The notes below the pieces were generated by a model. It saw only the letters and a list, made by a program, of their open reading frames with translations. It was not told where the DNA came from and made no database searches. A stretch of 64,000 nucleotides of DNA from Basidiobolus meristosporus CBS 931.73 (lineage: Eukaryota; Fungi; Basidiobolomycota), in contig MCFE01000480.1 in the NCBI GenBank assembly GCA_002104905.1, positions 4,315-68,314 on the forward strand. The letters are read 5' to 3'. This document shows, piece by piece, positions 10,912 to 23,352 of this stretch. Positions within the stretch are counted from its first letter, which is position 1; every line of letters starts with the position of its first letter. The position numbers and the translations under genes are program-made.

Positions 10912-12559
10912 GTTAATGCGATAGATACTTGTTCCGTGTCGGAGGGTTGGCCGGTTTTATACTGTCGGTGCGAACCACTCTCGAGCGAAATGGCCACGGT
11001 GTTGACTAAGCGCTTAGGAGCATCAGCGATGGGAGTGGTTCACGTGCCACCATCTATTCTGTACCTTGTCCAACCTGCCGCGAACCGCATCTCGTAAGTG
11101 TTCTTGCGAATTCCCCTAAATTGGCATCCGGTGAATCTCACTCCCCGGTGATTACTGGCTTCTCCCTCGATAAACATGGAATGAGCGTGCCCTTGTTCCC
11201 TACACCCTGCCCAATATGGCTGCCCAACATTTAACCTACCCATTCCCAAACACGGACCTGGATCTTGGACCGGCCATTGGCTGAGGAAATCTTGAAATCC
11301 GGTAGATCCTAGTGGCTAACCCTAATGGATGAAGTGGTGGATCATGTGAGAAATCCCCACTCGACCAGGCCAAACCTCACCGTGGTGGTTCGCCTGGAGT
11401 TCGCCCACAGCAATCGTCCTGGAGCAAGTGCCACCCGAAGAGGAATCGCTCAATGATCCCCTACCCGTCGCGCTGACCGACCAGCGGAGCCGTCGAAGTC
11501 CCCGATAACACCCAATTGTGGTTAGCGCGTCGTCTTCTGTCGAATGGAATGGCCATTCTCGCCCCGATGCTGCATGATGGGTGCGATTGTGACGGATCCT
11601 GCTGGGAAGTAGTTGGCTCACCATCGCTACGTTCCACACTATGTTGCTGATTAAAACCCGTGCCACCGAGCCAACCTTGCTGGGAACCACTGAGTCAGCA
11701 TCCTCCGCAGGTGAGAGTGATCCCTGGTCACCTCCCGTAGGCCAGCTGGGTTTCACGAGGATGGCGAGCTAGGACTCTCATCATAATGTCCGTAAATTGG
11801 CTATTGAGGCTCGATGGCTTGATACTAGGGTGGTGTGCATCGTGTTCAGCTTTGCCAGCATCCAATCCCCCCATGACCGCCTATGCGACAGCTGGGTGGG
11901 AAGCTCTGACGTGGTAAGAATCGTACTATAATTACGCTTATCGCTCCGCGTGCCACCGATCCATCCTAATTCGGGGATTCCTTCTGGAAGCAGATCCTCG
12001 GTGGAATCCTAATCAACTCCCCCCCCCCCCCGGACGACCTGAGGGGAGGTTGCGGTTTGGATTCTATAAGGGCGACTTCCAGGAACCGGCAAACTCTTCA
12101 CACGACACCGCTCCATCCAAAACTCTCCCACCCTCCAGCTCCAGTTACCCTGAATGGTAGCTGGGCAACCCAGCCCGCCAGATGGGTGACGTCCGACCTG
12201 CTCGGATGCTCCCCGAAATGGTTATCCTGGAATCCGTGAAATCCCCCCCACTGGTCATCCTTAAAACATTAACCACGATTACTCACCACTCTCCCCGGTC
12301 GCACCAAGATCATCCGTTTTTGGGATTTTCCCGTGACACAAGGTGCACCCAGTGAGTCCTGCCCTCCCCCTCACCCCCCGTCGTTCCCTCGGCTCTCATC
12401 GTTGTCCGATTGGGGGTCGGCCGGTCTCGGTCATCGGTTGGGTCCAATGGTTTGTCTGATCGCCCTTCTCCCTGGAAACAATGCCAACTGCAGAAATGGT
12501 GGGGAGCATCGCAGGCAGGTGATGGAGATATGACACTCCAATAGGCTCTATACATGGAT

Positions 12560-13918
12560 TCTCCATGTATACAGAAGGCAGCCTGTGAGGGTAAAGTGAG
12601 CGCTGATCAAATCTACTTGGGGAAGCCACAACCTTCAAGGCCAATCTCCATTTAACTTGCCTATATGTTACCCCTCTGTAGCTGGAAGTGTCCAAGTGTG
12701 CTGTGTTTCTGGATCCCACCAAAAAGCTATGAGTGAAGAAGGGTATGGCCACTGTTGGATCATCTGTTGACAGGACATTTTCCCCAATCTGCCCCAGAGT
12801 GTCCTGCAGAATCATGCTCCAATGGCAGATATCTGGTGTCCCTATGAATTCCTTAAGAATCCATGTAGCTGATACAACATAATCAGACACATGATACTGA
12901 TCTGAATAAATATTCCAAGTGTCTATATATCCATTTGACTGCTGATCTATGATAGTATTTGTAGTTCTGATTATGCTGGCCAATAGCTTGCACTAAATAT
13001 GAAATATATGGCCACATTCCTTGCATTGCATACATTAAGCTGCCAAACTGAGACTGATGAGGGGATTTTGGGCTTTTCAAATGTAAAACTCTGTTGATAT
13101 GATTGATATTTGACCATGATCAGGTTTGTCTCTGATGCAATGGCTACTTGTTTACAGCTATTCACTTGGTATTCCTAAAGTATGTCTCAGAGTTGCTTGG
13201 GCAGCGTTAAGGCAAATATTAGCTGCTGCATCTAAAATGTTGGAATATGCACTTAATGGCCACAATATGTCCTGATCCATAGTTCTGATATGCCAGCTGA
13301 CAACTCCTATCAAGCATGAGCTATATGGTTGTATTCCTAGCACAATATGCATCAATCACTCAACCATTTACTGATAAGAGAAGTCCAAGCATACAGATGG
13401 CCCAAGCTCTCCTGATTGGCTGAATTTTGATCAAGTTAAGGTTTGTTTCCATTGTGGTAGCTGCTTGCTTACAGCCCATTCTGTATTACTTCTTAGGTAT
13501 ACCTCAGTAATAGTACCAAACTTGCTTTATTGGGCTTATAGCAGATTTGAAAGGCAGCAATACTTCTATGGAAGCTTATTTTTGTTGGGGGGGGAGGGAT
13601 CCTGTAGCTCCAAGTCTTGCCTAATATCTTTCAGTTGTATCACTGGTTTTCAATTGTGTCTCAAGGAACCCATCTGCACATGGTTGATTCATAGTTGAAT
13701 GGCAATTTGACCAAGTGCCAAGTTTGATTTTCAAGCAGGGGTAAATATTCTATAGTCATCACAGATCTCCAAAGCCTTGCCAGCAGACAATTGATGGCCA
13801 CTTTTACACTCTGGGGCCCATCAACATGATCCCAATGGAAATTGGCCAAGTTAAAACACTCATTAGTATAGTCACTTGAGCCATTTTAAATCTGATTGGA
13901 TCTTATGCCTTGAGAATG
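12560..13918 (-). mobile_element. Degenerate Ty1/Copia (family A) RT-RNaseH remnant
   Basis: Broken frames align to the young copy at 61288-63471: PQSVKVAIN..MTIEYLPLLENQTWHLVKLP, FGSLMYAMQG..ISYLV..IGQHNQNY, GHSGADWG; many stops and frameshifts. Left boundary approximate. Confidence 0.85.
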
Positions 13919-14030
13919 CACTATGAGACTTAATTTTTGCTTACAGGTGGATCTGATCTGGATCAGCTGTCAGGATCTCACATCAAGGCCAAAGTAATAT
14001 CAGTAGCTTAGAGCTCATGATTCTCTGAGC
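13919..14030. mobile_element. CACTA-family terminal fragment (transposase-side end)
   Basis: Begins CACTATGAGAC and matches the termini at 23353 (CCCTATGAGAA) and 35030 (reverse), including the GGATCAG/GGATC subterminal stretch; cut by a Copia LTR at 14031. Confidence 0.65.
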
Positions 14031-16657
14031 TGCTGTAAGAATTTGTAATTCAACTTAAATACTCACCTAACTTGGTGACTTGGGTCATTAGCTGCAGATC
14101 TCAGAGAATACTAACCAAATTTCCTGTTGCAATTTACTTACTTAATATTCTCACCAAAATATCAGGTGCCCAGAGCATGAAAACTCTCAAAGTTATCCAA
14201 ACAGCCCCAAGTCTACATACATGCTCTTGGGACCTTCCTAAGCATACTCTGGATGCTTGCCATGCCAAGACCATGAAAGTATAAATACTACTTATACATT
14301 CAGTAAATTACTAAGTTAGACCACAAAGTTTACTAATACTCTCAGTCACTTCTTGTATCTCCAAGACTTATACAGCAGGTGATGAGTACCAAGCTGTCTC
14401 TCTCTGCAATGTTTATTACTGCTACTACAGGAATTTTTCCCTCTGCTGAAAAGTTGGATGGATCTCACTATTAAGCATGGAAAGTGAAGATAAAGATGTG
14501 GCTACCAGAAAAAGACCTTGGGGATATGATTATGGGAAAAGAATGCCCTCATGAAAACAAACTGATGAAGATATGATAGTTACCATTCTGAAGAGTCTGA
14601 CAGACAGGTTTCAGGGCCTAATTTCTGCCCTAGAGTACAGAACTGAAGATTTGGCTGTAAATTACTTGTATAAAAGGCTCCTGGATGATAATTTAAGAGA
14701 ATCAAGGGCTGTTAAGAAGGAAGAAGAGGCTTTAGTAAGCAATTATTACCACTAAAGAAGGCATCCAAAACCCTCCAAAGACAACAGCCACCTTTCTTGC
14801 AGCTACTGCAAAAGCAAAGGACACACATCAGTTCAGCACCTCCAAAAGAGAGATAATTAGCATAAAAAGCCAGAATATGGAAATTCTGCTACAGTTGAAA
14901 ACAAACAACTCATATCTGAGTTAGATAAGACCACAAGCAAGGATTCTCAGACTTGGTATACTGACTCTGGAGCATTTCAACCCTCAACACACCAAAAAGA
15001 ACTTTTCACCCAAAATCAAGAAATTCCAATCATCAGGGTTTCACAGGTGAAAATATAACACTTGATGCAATTGGAGAAGGAACTATCCAGTTAAACCTAA
15101 CAAGCAGTAAATAAAGCCCCACACTTACCTTCAGAAAAGTACTTAACACTCACAAAATAGCCAAGGACCTACTTTCTGTATGCAAAACTAAAGCAGTAGG
15201 ACTCAGTTTCAGTTTTGTCAATTTTGGATGCAGGATCATGGTTTAATATGGTACCCAAATTGCTCTGGGTATCAGAGATTGGAATCTATATCAATTGTGC
15301 TATATTGAATCATATCTAGAGACCAATAATAATAATTCAAATGAAGGAACACCAATGCTCTGGCACAGGAGATTTGGACAAATCAAATCTGATTATTTGC
15401 ATAAAACATTCAAAGATTAGCTAATTTCTGGAGCAAAAATTGCTTCCCCAGCTAATTTGAAGCACTATAGAGCCTGCATATATGGAAAATAAGCCATACA
15501 ACCACTTGAGAGCTCTGGGTTAATCTGAACCAAGAAAAAATAATCAGCTCTGTATGGACCTATGCAAATTTTATTGCTGGGCAGGATGAAGTATTTGTTC
15601 ACAATTATTGCAGATTATACAAGATAAAGGTGGGTCTACTTCATGGAAAGTAAAGAAGAAGCCCTGTTTAAGCTCAAGGAGTTTAAAGCCATGGTGGAGA
15701 GAGAAACCAGTGAGAAAATTAAGAAAATATGCTATGACAAAGGTGGAGAATATACATTAAAACTCTGCATGAACTTGTGCAAATACATGGGATAATGCAA
15801 GAGACTACTGTGCCATACTTGTCACAGCAAAACAGATAGGCACAATGTGCATAAAGATCACTACTGTATCTGACACAATTCATGATCCATGATAAAAATT
15901 GTCCTGTGATTTTACAGTGCAATCAGTTGCTACAGCTGTATATTTCAAGAATAGGAGTTATAGCAGAATGCTTTGTGATTCTACTCCATTTGACATATGG
16001 TATGAATATAGACCATGTGGAGAACATCTAAGAATACTTGAATACACCGCTCATGCCAAGAAACTGCCCAGAAGTTGATCAAAAGTTGAGCCAAAAAGAA
16101 TAAAATGCTTATTTGGAGGCTATTGCAATGACAGTAAAACATACATACCCTACAACACCAAAGCAAAGCATCCAGTCAAGTCTAGGAATGTGTTGCTTGA
16201 TCAAAACCCAATTTTTTCACCAAAAATCACATCAGATGATGACAAAAATATGATTTCAAGTCCACCAATGATCAAAATTGAATCAGAGCAAAATAATAAA
16301 AGTTTTTCACCCCAGCAGACTCTAAAGCTGTAGTTCAGCCGGAATCAGTATCCATGAGTATTGAAGATGTGATAATTCCAGTACTACCAGGCAGTAGATC
16401 CAGCCAGGTCAGAGATATCCCAAGATACTTTATGAATGAGTATCAAAACTTAGCCTATACCTATTCAGTACATATTGATGAGCACCAGATTCCAATAGAG
16501 CCCTCACACAAAGTCTTATGGATCTGCAATGACTGAGGAGTATTAGTCCCTGATGATAAATCAGACTATGGACTTAGTCATATTACCAATCAACTAAGAA
16601 CCAACTGGATGCAGTTAGGTCTTCAAGGCAAAATATAAGGCCAATGGTACAATTGAC
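14031..16657 (+). mobile_element. Degenerate Ty1/Copia family A element, 5' LTR 14031-14377, 3'-truncated
   Basis: 347-bp TG..CA LTR homologous to 60927-61276; PBS-like GGTGATGAG at 14378; remnants of gag (KLDGSHY*AWKVKIKMWL), GAG-pre-integrase (MLWHRRFG), integrase and the start of RT. Confidence 0.85.
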
Positions 16658-16775
16658 CTCCTGCTTACTAAGCTCTGTGGATACATACATATGCTGTAGT
16701 TGATGCACTTCTATCACCTCAACTTTACAGCTTTTCAGGATAGTACAAACAAAGTTGCCAAATGCATTGTAATGT

Positions 16776-18171
16776 TCCATGCAAAGAATAACTGTAATGA
16801 TCCCATCAAAAGGCCATCATCATATTAAAGTGTAATGACTAAAAGGTATTGGAGCTTTTGGAGCACTGTGAAAGATCCATTGGAGAAAAGCTGCACCTCA
16901 AATTTGAAAAATGATTGTTTAGAATTTTTCATCATATTGCTCTATTGGTTACCTCCATCAATTCTTGGCCATTTCTTGCCTTCTGATCCCAGATACTCAG
17001 CCATCAGCTATGAGCTAGCTTACTGATTGGCTATTGCTCTGCTTACAATGTTGACTTCTGGATTTGATTGGTGCTTGCACTTCTCATGCTTACATATTGA
17101 TTTACTTCCATTAAATCTCCAACTGTGCTACATTTGCAGATTCTATTGACCTGTACAAACCCTCATTTGTAACACTGAAATTGAGCACAACCTCACACTT
17201 TACAAGTAACTAGATTAAAATTTACCATCCAACAAGTGTCACTGCTGTAATGACCATTGCCCAGGTCATTGGCCAAAACCCAATGGCTTTGTGCAATTAT
17301 TCATGCGCTAATGCCCATATGTCCTGGTCTTGTGCTAGCCCTTAAAGGTCTTGCACCCCACCTGCAAGTTGTGGCACTAAATCCTTGCAATGGTCAAGTG
17401 TATTTTCTTGAATACTGCTCTTGAAAAAGTGATATAGCCTCTTGGTGCACCTGTTATGTTCCAAAACTCACTATGGGCTTTCCCTATGAAAAATCTCAAA
17501 CTTGGAATTCATCTGATTTTGGCTGGTATTCTGCTGGTATTTTAATGGTATTTTGCTGGTATTCAGGTGGTGTTTTGAGTTCAAAATTTTAAATGGAATT
17601 TTTGATGGAAGTAGTGGGCAGCTAATTACCACATTTGGTATGGATGCTAGTTTGCCTAGTCTCTTCCTGGAGAACTTGTTTGCTTGCCTGCACATTAGCG
17701 CAGAACAGAGATATTGAGAGTTGTCAATTTTGAGAAACCTGGAATTCAGCTGATACTATGATGGTATTTTGCTGACCTTTTCTCAGTTTTTTTTCTTAGG
17801 GCATTGTGATAGTCCTATGATTTCTTGATATTGTTGCTTTGCCTAAGAGTGGGATCTCCACTCTCTTGTCAATAAGGGACATGGACACTATGGTAAATAA
17901 AAAGCCTTTCTCTGCAATCTTGTTTACTTCACTGAAGTGCAGCTCAATTGGCTGCACTTCAAGCTCCTGTGTAAACAGCTGCTTGTTTGTGGGTAATTCT
18001 TCTTTGCTAATGCAGATTCAGACTCTTACAGCATGGCAGCATTATCTGGCAAAAACTATAGCTGCTTTTCATACTCCTCTGACCCTGACAAAAGTGCACT
18101 TTTTTCCATTCCCTTTACCTTTACCTTACATCACTGTCAAGTCCTTCATTGCTACTTTGCCTGAGTGCTTC
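16776..18171 (-). mobile_element. CACTA copy alpha (ORF2-side end plus ORF2 remnant), interrupted at 18172
   Basis: Homologous over its length to 26750-27780; degenerate terminus TCCATGCAAAG near 16776. Confidence 0.7.
17482..17801. mobile_element. 320-bp non-autonomous CACTA-type element
   Basis: Termini CCCTATGAAAAA..TTTTTCTTAGGG; interrupts sequence that is contiguous at ~27410-27430; internal 11-bp unit (C/A)TGGTATTYTR x4 at 17523-17566. TSD imperfect. Confidence 0.75.
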
Positions 18172-18358
18172 CCCTGTGAAAAGTAATTTAGTCCTGTGGG
18201 TGAATCCAATCAGGATCAGTAGCTGGGATCCTGTAATGAGGCCATCATATTGCCAGCAGCTTTGAATTATTGAAGCCCTACACAATCTTATGATGGGACT
18301 ATGATAGTATTTTGCTGATCTTACTGCCTGAAAAAGTTAAAAACTTGATGATGTTTAA

Positions 18359-18707
18359 TGATGTATGAGTCTTAGAGATATTGGAAGTGATTAGGAGGAC
18401 AAGTTGTCTACATGTTCTTCACTAGATAATTCATTGAGTATAAAAGTAGTATTTATACTTACACATGGTCTTGACATAACAAACACATAAAATAGGTTAT
18501 AAATGGTCTCAAGAGCATGTGTGCAAAGTTTGGGGCTGTTTGGACAACTTTGAGAATTTTCATGTTCTGGGTACTTGATATTTTGGTGAAAATATTCCAA
18601 GTAAATTGCAACAAAGAATTTGGTCAGTATTTTCTAGGAGTTGAAGGTAATGCTCTAAGTGACTAAGTACAGTGAGTATTTAAGTGAAATTACAAATTTT
18701 TACAACA
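18359..18707 (-). mobile_element. Solo LTR of Copia family A (349 bp)
   Basis: Aligns end-to-end with the LTR at 60927-61276; interrupts CACTA subterminal sequence; no PBS or PPT adjacent; no clean TSD seen. Confidence 0.85.
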
Positions 18708-20796
18708 ATTGTGGTCTTTTGACATGATTTGTGTGGTGTTTTAACAGTGTTGATGCACTCTACATTTATTTGAGTGGACCTTGCTGGCCAACACATTCTA
18801 TTGTCTTATATGGCAAGAAACTTGATGGTGTTCTGACAGCCACATTGCAAACCTCTGCTGGCATTATAATGGCAGTATGGTGACCAACAGCTGGTTCTGT
18901 ATAATGCTACCAAACCAATTTATCATATGGAATTTTCTTTTTCAACATCCCCTTGCACCAATTGTCAATTCCATGGTAGAATCACCCCTCTTTAGTTGCT
19001 TACCCACCACTACCTTGGGTATAACATATATAGCTCAAATCAAATAAAACTATGGCCTCCTGCTTACTAATCTCTACATATGCATGCGCCCACTGCAACT
19101 AACATACTTCTATTCCCTCAACTTTATGGCTTTTGAGTGTGAAAATTGCAAAGCTGCTATTAACCTTATACAGCTGGTGGCATACACATCTTGTAAACAT
19201 ATGGCTGCTTGCTGCCACTTTTGCCATGAAGACCTCCAGAATATCCACAAAGAACCTCTTGATATTGAGCCAATATATTCCTTCTCCCTGCTAGATCCTA
19301 GTCCCCATTATTGGTGTGCTCTGGCCCTTGTTTGTGTGAGTTTCATATTGAATGGTGTAGAAACTGGCTTGTGACCTAGAGAGCATGACATACCTTGGTA
19401 AAGTTGTCCTGATAGAAATTAATTGCTTGTTGCACCAAGCCCAAATGTGCATTAGTTAACTGATTACCTACAAATTAGGGCTGCTTAGCTCCTTGGTGCC
19501 AATGGCAGAGGTGTCTCCATATGCACATCTATCCTCAATATTTGGCAACTCTTCCTTACTGTCCTCAGTGTGCCAAAATATCACATCCATGACAGACTTG
19601 ATGGTAATATTCTTGATGAGATTGGGATATGGTGATACCTGCAACTTAACTTGTCTTCCTATCTCCCCATACATCCACTCAATGGAAAACTCCCAAAAGG
19701 TCAAGCAAACCCCAATATTCTCCACATACCAAGCAAGATGGAGCAGAGAATGCATACAGTAGCCACAGAGATCTAAATGTTGAGCTATTTGTTGGTAGTG
19801 TAGCCACTCAAAGCCCATCACAAGCATGTTGCATAAAAGCTGTAGATGTGTCAAGTTTTCCATGGTGATCTGATCCTGAATCAATATTCCTGCACTGTCA
19901 ACATATGACTCCTAATGGTTCCAATGTACTCTTAAAAGAGATGGCTTCAGAAGTCCACATGAGTAAATATATATTCCATTCATACAGTCCTTGCATTTGT
20001 ATTATTGCATATGCATATGAATATTGTTTGGAGCCTGTGAGATATATCTCAGGTAGTGGATACCCAGGAATATCTTGCCAACTGTTTCAAACTTCTCTGG
20101 TATCTCAAGGGGCTCATTTAGCTTGAAATGTCCCATATACAACTTGCTCATTAGTATAGGGATATTGTTGAAAAGAAAATGCATTGCTCCCAGTATACAG
20201 CAATTGCTCCTACCAATACCCTCTATCTTGCATGTATCTAGTTTCTGATTAATTCTATATACTACCCAATGACTTATAGCTTGCCAACAATGCTGCAATT
20301 GCATATTGACTTTAATAACTTAATCTTCCAACAGAGATAATATACCAATGTTGGTGTCTGGATAAGAATAATGTGTGTGAATTATGGAGTAAATACCCAA
20401 AATCTCACACATTCAACAGTACTACTGTCCATTTTGCCCAGAAAAGCTGGCTATCTTGCTGATGACTAGGGTATCTCCAAAGCAGTTAATGATATGTGCA
20501 TTGACATGATGCCCATTTAATAGTATCCTATTGGAAAGCATCCAAAATTCATCCAGCAATGGATACAGGTGGTTGTCAAGGCTAGTTGGTGATTCAGGTG
20601 CTGATACTAGTGAGACCTCCATCAGGTATTGGCTCTAATACTGTAAGAGAGGTAGCAGACTTGGATTTGTGAGAATCAGTAGCCATCAGCATTTGTGGGT
20701 AGAGTAATTGTTTGATGATAATCCATCAAGTGCCAATGCAAAGGAAAGATCATTAACACCTTCAAAGTAGCTGTGGCTATTTTATGTTTGTAATGT

Positions 20797-21431
20797 GTGC
20801 CATGAGTGCCAACTGATGCCATAGTGTGCCAGGGAGGCCAAATGAGCCTTTACTTGACCACAGAGTGTGAAATATAGCTCTGCATCTTCATGCAAAGCAG
20901 CCCCTGTGTTTCACCTATTATGCAGGGGAAATCCATTTTTTGGCCTTTTTTTAAGATCAATATTATGCAGGATGTGTAAGAGCATAAAAGGATTGAAGAT
21001 ATGCATCTGATACTCATTACCCATGGCACTTTGAATCTAGCTCCTGCGGCTTTTAACATGTTTTACTTTAGGGCCAATATTTAGATATAGTGCCAGATCT
21101 TACCAGTAGACCAAGTTAGTGCCATGCATTTTTGCAACATGTTACAAGCCACAGGAGCTAGATTCAGAGTGCAATGAGTATTGAATATCAGATACATATC
21201 TTCAGTCCTTTTGTGCTCTTATACATCCTGCACAACATTGATCCAAGAAAAAGTTCAAAAAATGGATTTTCTCCTGTATAATAGGTGAAACATAGGGGCT
21301 GCTTTGCATGAAGATGCAGAGCTTTGTTTCACACTCTGTGGCCAGGTATAGGCTCATTTGGCCTCCATGGCACACAATAGCATTGTTTGGCAATCACGGC
21401 TCAATGTAGCACTATCCAATGGAACAAGTCT
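20797..21431. mobile_element. Left-truncated fold-back element of the AGACTTGTTCC (PHIS-type) family
   Basis: Inverted arms and spacer homologous to 28946-29679; intact right terminus GGAACAAGTCT at 21421-21431. Confidence 0.85.
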
Positions 21432-23352
21432 ACGGAGTGTAGTACTTTGTAGCTTCACAATATTTGTTGGACTGCATGAGCTTCCTTAGATGGGGTATTA
21501 CTGGAACTTATCCTGAATATGAACAATGTTTTCCTCCTATGGTGGTGGATTCCTGAGAAGTTGGACACTTTGCAATGGTGGCATTTTCTAATGCAAATAC
21601 CATGCCACTGTTAACACATACTGGTGTCAGGACAGTCTCTGGGCATATGTTGCCAGCAGCATATCAGTGATCCATTTGTTCCATGTATATGGCAAGTTGC
21701 ATCCTGGAATGATTTTGGCAAGTAGCGCTTATGTGAACTTAAGACAGTCTTTTATTTCAGGCTTTGCACCTGCATCAATTATAGATTTAATGACAACCTG
21801 CCATAGTAAGCATTATCAATAAAGCTGTGGTACCGCATACACACATATATGTAACACTAATTCCCCTAAAGTTTGACTCACTCCTACATATATGCTGCCA
21901 AAAATTCTAGCAAAGTTGTCTGGTTCCCAACCAAGCCCCACTGTTGACAGCAGCAGAAGAACTGTTGGACAACAGCTTACATTCACAATCAGTGCAACAT
22001 GTAGGACTACATCCAACAAAGGCTATGCTGACAGTGTGCCAACAGTGGGTAACAATGCAGACTCCTCAGGCTCCCAGTCATGTAGGCTATTACAAATCTC
22101 TATGGAGCTGCAGCTGACCATAATGATCAGGCAGATAACAATGTAGCAAATGCAGTACCTTTGGTCAAAGACCAGATAGTGGCTGCCATAACATTAAACA
22201 CCACCTATATTGGCAAGTGTATTGTTAGCTCATATCAAAGAATTAATGAGGTAATCAGGTGCAGTGACTGAAAGGATATTCACAATGGCACAAAGAAGTC
22301 AGAAAATAGTCCAGAAACAGGATGAGTAGATAATACATGGAAATCAGTCAATATTCCAGGTAGAGACTGCAGGATTCTAGCTCCAAAGAGGGAACTCAAG
22401 TAGCTCAATTCCACAGTCAAAAACTGAGCCATTTCCCAGGGTAACAGCAGAGGAACACTGTACAGTCTTTGAAGCACAAAAACAGTGCCCAAAGATAAAG
22501 CCCACAAAAGAATCTATTACAGCATGTGAGAGAGAGACTGGGATGCTTCTACCCAAGCCTAAAAGTCAGAAGACATACAAGATCTGTAAAGCTGCTGAGT
22601 GCAATGATGAAGTGAGGGCTAGTATTCAAGAGGCCAGTAGAAATCTGGCAAGGCATCACTGAAGGCCACCATACCATATGATCACCAGAGACTCAAGGCC
22701 AAACAGAATGTACTTAACCTGTTGCATAAGTATATTCTTGGATTCATGTAAACAAATGGATTCTGAGCCAGCATTGGTATGCAAAGAATGTATCATGAGA
22801 ATAGCAGAAACTATCAAAGGCAGAAGAACAAGGGTACCATGGCTAAAAATCAGCAGTTTCTTCAAGAGCTTGTCACAAAAAGGGATGAAAGCTCCAAACA
22901 AGAGGCAGAGAAATGTCTGGTAGCCCAAAGTGTGTCATTGTGGGACAGGCAAGCAGAAATAGATGCACCAGTGCAGCATATATCAGGGAGAAAAAATAAA
23001 TCAACAAATGAAGCACTCAGTCACATTAGCAGTGAAGGACTTGACAGTGATAAAAGCCCATGGCTTTCTCAGGAGTCATTCACAAGCAGGGCTGACACCG
23101 TTTTTCTGAGACTTCAACGGAGACCTTATAGCCCTGCACCATTGTTCATTCACTGGTTCCCATATTTCCTGACCTTGAGCCAGCACTTCAGGGTCTAGCA
23201 CATCATATGTCAGTCTCTGCAATGAATCCTTGCAGTATCCAAGTGAGTTTTCTTGAGCACTGTTCTTGAAGAAATGTGCAGCTACTTAGTGCACCTATTA
23301 GTGTTTCAAAGTTTCTCTGCAGGCATTAAAATATTCTTCTGAGCTTTTGACA

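Larger units (their letters stand above)
18172..23352 (-). mobile_element. CACTA copy beta (transposase remnant on - at ~19400-21750, ORF2 remnant on + from 21892)
   Basis: Terminus CCCTGTGAAAAG at 18172; Transposase_21/DUF4218-like remnants HSLLHLAWYVENIG.CLTFWEFSIEWMYGEI and HLYPLLDEF..CFGDTLVISKIASFSGQNG; contains a solo LTR and a fold-back element; cut at 23353 by another copy. Confidence 0.8.

Noticed and set aside
11322-11756. 144-aa minus-strand ORF upstream of DPP5
   Set aside because: No recognisable motif or compositional support; lies in the probable promoter region.
7497-12031. Homopolymers T9G10 (7497-7515) and C13 (12019-12031) as functional G-quadruplex sites
   Set aside because: Isolated runs with no supporting context; also error-prone in sequencing.
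12549-12571. Perfect 10-bp hairpin (TATACATGGA-TTC-TCCATGTATA) at the gene/TE boundary as a Helitron 3' end or boundary signal
   Set aside because: No CTRR terminus at the expected distance on either strand; the AT-rich single instance can arise by chance.
12396-12983. 195-aa minus-strand ORF as a host gene
   Set aside because: It overlies Copia RNaseH remnants in other frames (GHSGADWG) and is an off-frame product of a decayed element.
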